64,000 bases of DNA from Balanoglossus misakiensis (taxonomy: Eukaryota > Animalia > Hemichordata), in contig CM082580.2 of NCBI GenBank assembly GCA_040954595.2, positions 9,526,390 to 9,590,389 of the forward strand, written 5' to 3'. Positions 28,190 through 38,500 of this stretch are shown piece after piece; the stretch's first letter is position 1; each line of letters begins with the position of its first letter. The notes below the pieces were generated by a model. That model saw only the letters and a list, made by a program, of their open reading frames with translations. It had not been told where the DNA came from and ran no database searches. A program made the translations under genes and the position numbers.

Positions 28190-29161
28190 TCAACCAAATA
28201 TTGCCATAGTTGTTTTCCTGTTTCTTCTGTCTCTTCGAGGGCGCATCATACATGAACAGTAAACTTTCATAACCGACTTCCTGTAGGTCGAACTGCTCAA
28301 CTTGTAAATAAAAGGGTTTATGGATGCATTGATTATTATCAACGTCTTAACAAGTTCAATCAGAAGAAGAATCGCTGTATGGGCGGAAAGGTCTACGGCA
28401 AACGCTCCAGATCGCAATAAAATGGGAATAGAAAAGATCGCCACAGCGGGAATGACACACGTGAAGTTGACCACTTTTGTGATGATTACCGTTCTCAGTA
28501 CGCGTCTCGACTCCTTCGCGATTCTGATGTGTGAACGCAGTTTTGAAGCTTTTCCCTGTATGTGCATGGTCCTAGCAACCAAGATGTATAAGGTCGTCGC
28601 CAGGCAGACACACGTGACCAGGACAACGACGAGAAGACAAAAGAACGCTATAACGACCGCGTCGCGTGTTTTCTCGGGGAGAAAGTCAAAGCACTGCACC
28701 GCGTACAAAATTGGCAGCGCGGCGCTGAGACACCAGGTTGTGGTGACGGCGACGACCGTGTTTCTGGTTCTCAACAAAATGGCGGCCTTGAAAGGTAGAC
28801 ACACTGCGATGTACCTCTCTATGCTGACAAGGGTGACGGTCAAAGACGACTCCAGCATAGGCGTTAAATATACCAAAGCAGACAGGAAACACGGCAATTC
28901 GAATGAAAAAATCAAAAACCGAAAAGTAAGGAAGAGGAGATCCGAAAGAGACAGATTGACCAACAGGATGTTGGTTTTCGTTCGCATCTCTTTAAGTTTG
29001 AAGACGACAATGATGAAGGAAATGTTATTGAGTATTCCCACCATCGAAATGCACAGGTCAACGTACGGAAGATTGGCGTATGCCATGTCAAGCCAATAAG
29101 GATAAATGGATGAGTTGTCTGCGAACCGCGTTGTCGCATATTCTGGTCTCTTGTCGGCCAT
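28190..29161 (-). CDS. Single-exon divergent class A GPCR (peptide-receptor-like orphan, 323 aa from the first ATG)
   Basis: ATG at 29161 in strong context (aatATGG). Seven hydrophobic segments with GILNN, NLSLSDL, VSIERYIAVCLP, TM4 Trp, TM6 FTCVIP and TM7 INASINPFIY, plus helix 8 SSTYRKS. The ORF-track start at 29230 is a non-ATG codon. Confidence 0.92.
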   Translation of the reverse strand: MADKRPEYATTRFADNSSIYPYWLDMAYANLPYVDLCISMVGILNNISFIIVVFKLKEMRTKTNILLVNLSLSDLLFLTFRFLIFSFELPCFLSALVYLTPMLESSLTVTLVSIERYIAVCLPFKAAILLRTRNTVVAVTTTWCLSAALPILYAVQCFDFLPEKTRDAVVIAFFCLLVVVLVTCVCLATTLYILVARTMHIQGKASKLRSHIRIAKESRRVLRTVIITKVVNFTCVIPAVAIFSIPILLRSGAFAVDLSAHTAILLLIELVKTLIIINASINPFIYKLSSSTYRKSVMKVYCSCMMRPRRDRRNRKTTMAIFG

Positions 29162-30849
29162 ATTGACGAGAACGGTCGGTCGCCAGGAACTCGCCTTGGC
29201 TTTTGATCTACGGAAAGGAAAACGGTCCAATCAGAATCCTTGTACATGCATATGTATAAAGGATGAGAAGGACAAGCGAACTAGTTAGAACGGTGACCTC
29301 GGATAACAGCGGTGTCAAGTGATTATCAACGGGGTTCCTTTGGGCGTCGCCACTGATCATGATCATCAACCATCGTCACAGCAGCACGGCGTGCATTCAA
29401 CTACCAATCATAAATCTTGTTTATAGAATGACACCTGTTGCTCAGTAATCAACGATATATATATATGTTTTTGAGCACGTATCTGTCCAATTTTGTTTTC
29501 TCAACCAGTATTAGTGCAAAATCATATTCGATTCACGGACTTGGCTTTGTCTCTGTATGTTTTGTCGATTTTCTGCGCTGTGCTATATCGTTTTGTGACT
29601 GTATTTGCACGTTTGACCTATGACGTTTAGAATATGGATGGGTATGATATCAATTATTTATGATAAGCAATTTCTTATCAGTTGAAATATCGTCACTTAA
29701 TTAGTGAGTCTAAATTCTATCTTACTTAATCCCATTTCTGGCAAACACTCTGCCATTTAAATCAGATGCTTTAATAACCTTAACCTATAAACGACATTGG
29801 CGGAGCGTATTAATATTGAAAGCCCACAATACCCTTATGACGTGCTACGTGCAAGGAATTTGATGTAATGCTGCATTCTCGTTTAAAACATGTCACTTAC
29901 AAACAAACTAAATATGATAGTTCGACGTTTCTTTTTCAAGTTGTTGACAGTGGATTCGTGTTTTGTTATAAATTGTACTCGTCCTGATATTAATAGTGGT
30001 GATTAATTATTTATTCCGTCGTTAATCCGTCTTCAAGCTTATACAATGTATACAGGTAATGCCTTTCGCTTTGCTCCATCATGTTAGGGATTAGCGACAG
30101 GCCGCCAAGGTTCTATGCATGCCCGTAATAAGCAACATTTAACTTTGGCTGGTACACCTGTAGTTTTGGCTGGTATCTCTGTGACGCGTCCTGCTTATCT
30201 AGTCACGTGAGACGCAGTGATCAGCAAACGATTAGGTGAAATTGGCCTTAATTGATTTGTTTGTCTTTACCGCCAATCAAAACTAAATTATTTATAGACG
30301 AAGGCGATACTTCATGATGACAGAATTCTGAGTGTGGCGAATGAGTTGTTCGTGAGATGAGGCACCAGTATTGGTAGATTTCTATCCCTCATTACAAACT
30401 ACCAGTCACTTACATGCAATCCTTACATCAATCGCTCAAAACCGTGTTTACAGAGAAATAACAAACGTCTCTAAATGGTTTTATAGCTAATTTCAATATT
30501 GTGTGGTGTTCAGTAACCTCAGATGAATTTTTCTGCAATTTACAAACATCGAAAATTTGCTTATTTTCTGTGTTCTGTTATGACTGACGTATTGCGAAAC
30601 CAAGTACTCACCTGATTCGGTAGTATCGTTTTGGAATATCGCAGTAAACCGCAACACAGTTTTAACCTAGAAATAACCTGCAGTCTGAACAGAAATGCCC
30701 AGTCGCTTGTTGCAGAATGTTTTACCAAGTGTCTATGATCGCACTGACGTCACCTCGGTTGTTGACAGCTTTGTTGCAGGACGCCACCAAGCGACTGAAT
30801 GTTTCAAAATGTTGACGCCTTCTGTTATGATGTGTTTGGCTGTAAACTA

Positions 30850-30887
30850 ATTCATACATTCATTCATTCATTCATTCATACATTCAT
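30850..30887 (+). repeat. (TTCA)n microsatellite, imperfect
   Basis: Direct reading. Confidence 0.8.
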
Positions 30888-31404
30888 ACAAACAGAAACT
30901 CGACAAGTGTCAAAGCTTTGGCTGGAAATGGAAGATCCGTATCTCCACTTATACTTTATATACACTCAGACGGTCCGCTACATCGCGAACACCAGACTAC
31001 GAATACTGGGCCTGTAAACACATAATTCTGACAGCTACCCCAAAAATGGTCAAATCGGTGTCGTAGGTCCAGGCTTGCTATGCAAAGGCAGCCATATTTC
31101 GTGGGCTATATGCTAATTATATACTCCACACTCATTTTAATATGTACACATTTGCTTGTACAGACAATATATGGTAAAACAGATTAAAACTAATGGGAAA
31201 TGACCAACTTAAAACAGAACACTTAATTTTTTTCTCAAATAATCTGTAATAATGTTTCATAACACTTATATGGACGTTTGAGTCCGAAAAAAGGTATAAT
31301 AATGAATAAAAACAACTTGTATCTGAATCACGTTTTACTGTGGCATACCTACATTATTGAAATAACTGCGAACGCACCAGCAACTGCTAACCCACTGGTC
31401 GCGC

Positions 31405-32548
31405 CTACTTGTCTGACTTAGGATGGGATGTACTAGGGGAAGGTATATTCAACGATGGAACATAAACGGAAGCTTGGGTCAAAGTTTCTGGATCGAAGCC
31501 CTCTTTGCCGTTCAACCAGTAGGTGAACATGGACCCTTTCCCCTGAAGAGAAAACAAAATGTAGTCTTACTGGACTGTGTTGTGTTGAGTAGATCGAGGC
31601 GGTTAATGTTTACGGTTGCATGCGAAGTGCTGTATCTCCACCACTCAAATGCTAAGGTAAAGTGTCATTACAGTATTTTAAAATATCATTTATAATCTGA
31701 ACACAAGGACTGCTTGCGCATGCACCTATCCTTATTCAAAGATCTCTGAATCAGATAACTACCTTTAAATCAACCAATCCGCGCTCACTCAAGTAGTATC
31801 CTCCAAGGTCCATCAGGTGGTTGTACGTTTGTTTGCTGACGTGGATGCGGTTAGCTGCCGAAGAAAATTGTTATTAAAAGGGAGTTTACACAGTATCTCC
31901 TGCAAACGCTGTTTCATGTAGCGCCACCAGTGGCAGGGGTCACAGGTCGCCCACCTGACTTCACTTTCTTGTCACCGGACACGTCGAACTGGTAGGGCCG
32001 CCATTTTCTGCCACTCTATATTTGTCATTTCCCATCTTCGTTTACTGTAATTATCAGGGTTACGGCGTTTGCGGGAGATACAAAGACGTGACGTGTTGCT
32101 GTCATTAATATCAACTATTCATCAACTATAAATATTGAACTCACGCTCTCCTGCAGTCTCCAAGCGTTCGGCGATATTAACAGTGTTGCCGAATAAACAA
32201 TAGCGGGGCATCTTTGTACCAACAATCCCTGCAACTACAGGGCCTGAAAAGTTAAAGTAACCAAACAATGTTATATATTGTACCTTATCATACAAACTCA
32301 ATTTTGTTTTCACATTTTTCACAATATACCAGAGAATTCAAGAAAACGTGAACGGTAATCCTACCGGAGTGGATTCCAATGCGCAGTCTCATAACAACCC
32401 CCGGCAGGTGAGCCAGTGTCAAACAAGCGATATGGTAACTGATGTCCAACGACAGAGTTGCGATGTTCCCGGCATGCTTGTGTCCATTTCTTTGAGGTAC
32501 ACCTGCATGGGGAAAATACCACATCAAGGTAAGGTAAATCTATCAGCA

Positions 32549-32588
<40 letters not shown>

Positions 32589-34257
32589 GGCATGGTGATC
32601 GTGGTAGTGGTGGTGGTGGTGGTGTTGATGATGCACTTCGCTGAGAACAAAATCATTCTTACACACAGGGTGTCCTTGAGTTGAAATCCTTGCAAATTCC
32701 ATTAAAAAGCAAAATGTATTACAATTACAATTTTTGGAGAGAACACGTCTGATAAAGAACCCTACCTGAAACTACCATGTAGGCATCTCCGATAGTCTCC
32801 ACTTTGTACACGTCATACTTCTCGATGCGAGAGTCGAAGCAAGAGTACAGCATATTGAGCATACGTATCACCTGCAGCGGGCTGCTCTGAGAGCAAATGG
32901 ACGTGAAGCCGACGATGTCGGAGAAGAACAGCGTGGCTTCTTTAAAGCTCTCCGGCGCCACGTGTTGGTTTTTCTTCATCTGTTGGGCGATCTCCCTCGG
33001 CAGCAGCCGGTAGAGCAGGGAAACCGCACGCTTGCGCTCGCGCTGCAGCATCTTGCTCTGCGTGACCAGGTTGGAGGCGAACATCTGCATGCTGCTGGTC
33101 GATTTCTTCACCAGGACCAAGATGGTGGGCCCGATGACGCCGACCATCACGAGGACCAGTATGACGAGGCCCAGGTTTCTCAAGTCGTCCGCTTGTCCGT
33201 CGTCGAGCACCCGCAGAATCCGATCGGACAGTCTCTCCTGGATCGTCAGCAGAATTTCCATGTAGCTGGTCATGTTTCCGTACCAGTAGTTTGCTCCGGC
33301 CCACGAGGCTTCGATGTTGACGTTCTCTCGGATAATCTTCCTCATGTCGTCAATAGATCTCACAACGTCGCCCGGCAGCTCGTTCATCAGCTCATCGTGG
33401 AAGTCTTTGATTTCAGAGACATACTGCCAAGACGCCTCGAAGTTGCCCTTTGCCCTGTAAGCCCGTTCTAAGTAATCTATGAAGTGGCTGTAGTCCGTGA
33501 ACCTGCCCGTCGAGAAGTAAACGGCCCCGAGAGTGCGCTCTATCCCGACGTCTTCTTTGCTGATGATCAGAAGCTGAAACCCGACGAGACTGGTCCAGGT
33601 CTGGTCGGAACCGCGGAATGTGCCCAGGGTCTCGTAAAGCCAGTCGATGAAGAACTGTATGGAGTTGGAGTAGAATGCAATCTCGTCGAACATGGTGGAT
33701 GAGGAGATGTACAAGTCACGCCGGTGGGTGTCGAGGTACCGCTGGAAACTCTCCTTGGTGTTCAGGCTCTGCTCCCGGTCATCGGAGATCACTGGCCAGC
33801 CGGTGAGATCGGCGAGGGCGGAGTCTGTCTCGGGGTACGTGTCCATCAGAAACTGCCGGCTCAGCGGGCTGATGGTGCTGAGGTAGAGCGTCGACATGTC
33901 CCGCTCGCTCTGCAGGAGATGGAGGAACCTCCCGAGCTCCCTGCCGAAGGAGATGGCCTGGCGGATCTTCAGGGACGCCTCGTTGGCCTTGGTCACCGTT
34001 GTCAGGTTGTTGCTGGCGATGGCGGCCAGCGTGATGATGGGGATCATCGTCAGGGCCATCATCTTGGTGAGCTGCCACCGCTTGCCGGACTTCCTCATGG
34101 GATCGCAGCTCCAACGGCCCTTGCTGCCTGTCCACCCGAAGAGGTTCTGCACCGACGCCGATGTCTCGCTCAAGCTCGTTATACTGCCGTGAGATTCGTG
34201 GAAGCTGAAGCCGCTGGTGACCGCGCTGATATTGTCCGCTCCGTCTTGCGTTCCCAT
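31405..34257 (-). CDS. NIT-domain membrane guanylyl cyclase (NIT-GC): TM-NIT-TM-coiled coil-class III cyclase, 652 aa
   Basis: Coding exons (minus): 34257-32766, 32502-32365, 32243-32145, 31854-31763, 31542-31405. All introns are GT-AG with compatible phases, 1959 nt in total, ending in TAG. NIT motifs [10 protein letters not shown] and [11 protein letters not shown] lie between two TM helices. Cyclase motifs: [78 protein letters not shown]. Confidence 0.93.
32549..32632 (+). repeat. (ATG)13 plus (GGT)n compound trinucleotide microsatellite in a NIT-GC intron
   Basis: Direct reading. Confidence 0.9.
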
Positions 34258-34547
34258 TGCGACAATTAATGCTGACGAGAACACGTCTGAAATTAAGAGA
34301 AACAAAAGTCACACACAAGCGCCTGTCATTAGAGATTTCATAGCAATATCGTTCGCCATGAAGTAAATACAGAACACGATCACATGCATCAGTTGTACGC
34401 GTTCGTTGTCACATTGAGGATGACCGACGAAACATTATTTGGTGTGACACGTACGGCCGGTATGATAGATGGAAAAATGTTTAAGTTCTTAATGAACACG
34501 ACTACCATCCTATCTCAAAATAACAATTGTAACGATACCGTATTTAC

Positions 34548-34759
34548 GTGTTGTACAGCAGCTTAACTTCAGATCCGGACGGAAATGGTCTTCTGAAAGG
34601 GTTGTTCACTATCTGTTATAATTTATACATCTGTAAAAATCAACAGGTTATTGGGCAGACAGTTAGCACCATGACAGCAGCAAGTTCCACCCACGCCGGA
34701 TAATAAAATAATTTACACTAATGAGGTTGTGTTATTATTTGTTTATCCTGTTGCCATAG
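34548..34759 (-). promoter_or_regulatory. Candidate NIT-GC core promoter and non-coding first exon
   Basis: On the minus strand: CCAAT 34654-34650, TATAAA 34627-34622, initiator-like TTCAGA ~34594, an ATG-free exon to donor CAC|GTAAAT at 34548/34547, and a matching acceptor TTTCAG| at 34287 just upstream of the ATG. An RFX half-site GTTGCCATAG lies at 34750-34759 (+). Confidence 0.4.
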
Positions 34760-35246
34760 TTTTGTGTCAACTTCGAAGAGAAATATTAAAACACCACCTT
34801 GCTATTATCGCGACAGGGGGGTCAAATAAAGTTGCCCCGGTGGAAAGTTTAGCATTGTGAAATTACTGGAGTTAACATGCGAGGATTTCTATAATTATGG
34901 ATAATCAAAATCAATCAATTACGCTCCAGCAGCGGGGAAACTCGACGCTGAATCACCCTCCACGAAGAAATGGAAAGAAACGCTCTTTTAATTGGAAGAC
35001 TAACTTCTGTGATAATGATAGGTTTTGGTTAGTCACCTCCATGGCAACAAAGTAATACTTAAAGTATGTGAAAACCTCATCGAAGGTGTTTGCTTGTATA
35101 TATGAATATGTCAATCTTTAGAATATATAGTTAAGATAATTATTGTAATTATTCATGTAACTTCCACACAGCTTTTTTGACAATCCAACATTTTAAAGAA
35201 ATTGCTAGTTTTAATCAATAATTTTGTTCTGAGTGTGCCATATATA

Positions 35247-35278
35247 CACGTGTCACCACCCCACCCCCTCCCCGCCCC
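35247..35278 (+). promoter_or_regulatory. E-box and Sp/KLF GC box upstream of the ABCG ATG
   Basis: CACGTG 35247-35252 and CCCCGCCCC 35270-35278, ~230 bp before the ATG at 35506. Confidence 0.3.
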
Positions 35279-35505
35279 TACCTCGGTACTACTACTGACA
35301 ACAATCGCAGACAAGCAAAGACTCATTAACATAATAAAATAGGTATAGTTTGATACAACGGAGTATCCCAGCCCGCATATTGCCTTTGCGGGTGAGAATA
35401 GTCTACACGTCCTTTGAAAATATGACGGTACCATTGATAGTGTTAGATTTATGAATATTCATTTCTATCGGAGAGTGACATAGGCATTGGGCCCGCGGAC
35501 GAGCT

Positions 35506-38500
35506 ATGGCGTCCCTTGCTGAGATCCGTCAGTTCATGGAATTCGAACTAGTAAGTTATTCCACCACGTCACATATTGTGAATTTGCTCTACATAGTCTT
35601 GGGGCTGAACATGTTTTTACTTCACTTGGGTTATCATATTCGCCGATTGAACGGTGAAGAGCAGACCTTTTGGGGATGCTATACACAGTGGTTTATATAT
35701 CCGTTGAATGTCTTTCTTTTATTTTATCAGTATTGATATTCATTTTTTGGGGGAAATTGCTATATTATGTGTCCCAGTGCGTGTATGTTCTCGTGGAATC
35801 GTTTCCCACTACTTATCAGCAAGAAACAAGCAATTTGTTAAAATTAAACATAGTTTGACCGAGTGACCACTTGCGAATTATCTCGCCGTTTGTTGTCATT
35901 AATACATGTACAATGAATCTCCATGCAAACGGAATAGCGTCAGAATCTATTTATAAACAAATGGCTCCGCTCTCTTCCGTTGTGATCTGGTGTGTGCGGG
36001 CAGTTGAGCGAATTGTGAGGCGTGTTTCTGAGTCACAAATGATTGCTTTTCCATTTTCTGAATATTGCTTTTATTACTTGTGCGTTCCTGTTTGGTGACT
36101 ATGTGTTGAACTTCGTCGTTTTCACTCCGGTCAGTGTGTGTCTTTATCTTTAAACGACAGCAACGCTTAGCAAAGTGTCAAATATCCACTGTCGTCGCAG
36201 CATGATGTCAATGCTGAACAAATCTGCTCTTTCCATGGCCCCCGTACTGTACACCACAAGCTGTGACATTCTTAGTTTGAATATCGATCTCTCAAACTCG
36301 TTTGGCTTTGTAATACGCTGCATAAAAATACACCTGGTAGGTTTACACAATTAGATGTGATTTTAGATAGATGGGATAGCCAGACTGTGATTAATACACA
36401 TTAATGCAATATGAAAATAACATATGCTGTTACGATTTACTACCAGATGTGAACAATAAAGCACATGAGAGCACAGAACTATGAGACTAATTGAAATTCA
36501 TAGATGGATGGATGTAAAACATATGCAGAGTCGGTGTGTGCAAGGTCAGCGTGTCCAGATATAAACCGATGAAAACAGTGGAATAGCAGCGATTTAAATC
36601 ACTCAATACTCGATGTGATATACATCAAGTTTGGCATCATGATATTTATGGTGTGTTCCAATACCTCGAAATTTGTTAATTACAGACAGACATTACAGAA
36701 CAGTCGAGACGCCGCAAAGGTCCGTACACTTTGTCCTGGGCCGAGATCCAGGCCACGGCTATGCCACCGGTGGGACGGTGTTGTGAGAAGCTGAAGAGGA
36801 TACGTACTACAGACGTGGCGCCTCCCAAACCGAAGGCAATTCTGCACGGGGGTATGATATAACCATTGTCGTTATTTTATTATTATGAGTAAGATTTTTT
36901 AATCCATGAGGCTGATGCTAGAACACTCTCGTTTCTCTTCACAGTGTCTGGGTTGGCTGAACCGGGGCGCATTTTGGCCATCATGGGATCGAGGTGAGGA
37001 CTGCTTTGATAAGCTTTCTTTACTGTTACTATACTGTCGTTGTCAAGGGGAGACACCACGTGTTTACTGTGACTAGACAATACATGTATACAGGCAATGA
37101 TGGTACTGTCTGTAGTTAATTTCTGAGGTTGCGGGGTCTGGCAGGCGAGCTTGGGTGTTTTATCGTGTCATATTTTCCTGTTACATGGCCTCTGAAACAA
37201 ACCCGTTTCATATTGCATATTCGCAGTGGTTCTGGCAAAACGACGCTGCTGAATGTGTTGTCGGGGAGAGACCATCTCAAAGGTAATTTGTTCATCGAGG
37301 GTTCAGTAGCGGCCAATGGAAATCCTGTCACCACAACATTCAGCAAAAGAAATATTGCCTATGTCGAGCAGGTCGATCTTTTCATTCAAGCAGCAACAGC
37401 ACGGGAACACTTGAACTTTCATGTAAGCATGTTTTATTGATTGATTGATTGTCTTTGTTTAGTCGTTTTTGTTTGTTTATTATCATCATCATCATCATCA
37501 TGATCGTCGTCGTCGTCGTCAACAGCAATCATCAACAGCACCATATTCACAAATATTGTAAACCCACATCTAATTTTAGTACATCTGTGATGCAGGCCAT
37601 TCTACGCATGGAATCGGACACCTCACCAAGGTTGCGTGAAGAAAAGATAAACAAAGCTCTAATCCAGCTTGGTCTCGGAGACGTGTCCGAAAATAAAGTA
37701 AAAGATTTGTCAGGCGGCGAGAAGAAAAGATTGTCATTTGCGACCGAGGTAACAGCCACAGAAAATTGAATCATGATTATACGAAGTGTTGTGCGTGCAG
37801 CTCTAAGTTTACAAGGTATCATGTCGAAAATGATATGAACGATTATGTATAGTAATTACCCATGCCACTGTACGGTACTACAGTTATTCTCATTATTCTC
37901 CTATTATTTTGTTTCAGTTACTGACAGAGCCATATATTATGTTGTGTGACGAACCAACGTGTGGTCTCGATTCCTTCATGGCCGACAATGTCATGAGGAC
38001 CCTGAAGGGATTGGCTTCTCAAGGCAAAACCATCATTACAACGGTCCATCAGCCCCCGTCGGCAATGTACGATCTCTTCGACGAGTAAGGACTCTGTTTT
38101 GTTCTTCCAAGCTCACAGCACACACAGCGCATGCTCGGTACACAATTCAACGTCACTGCTCATTCACACTGGCAGTACTGTAACCATCTGTTACTCTTTT
38201 TTTTCAATAACAGAGTATTTCTGATGGTGGACGGACGCTGCGCATTTCTGGGGCCATCCAACCAGGCGATCCGCTACTTCTCGGATCGCGGGTATCTCTG
38301 TCCCTACACATTCTCTCCTCCGGATTTCTTCATCTTGCTGCTTTCTGTGATACCGGACCAGGAGGACATCAGCAAACAAAGAATCCAGGTATGTGGAAGA
38401 TTGGTTTGTTCCAAGAATTCTTGGCAGAGGCACTTTGATCAACTTTCTGGTCTCCGTGCTATTCCGTGAAAAGCAATGACGTGCCGGGTTCAATATTATA

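Noticed and set aside
28300-28360. Opsin identity for the second GPCR because of a TM7 lysine
   Set aside because: Counting from NPxxY, the Lys is at 7.39, not the retinal-binding 7.43 (Ile here). The first GPCR has Phe at 7.43.
28320-29099. 259-aa plus-strand ORF, and the overlapping ORFs at 32942-34318 and 193-763
   Set aside because: These are antisense or alternate-frame shadows of GC-rich real exons, with no recognisable motifs.
9254-34588. 18/19 inverted match between 9254-9272 and 34570-34588 (CCATTTCCGTCCRGATCTG)
   Set aside because: A match of this length is not unlikely between any two positions in 41 kb, and the flanks do not extend.
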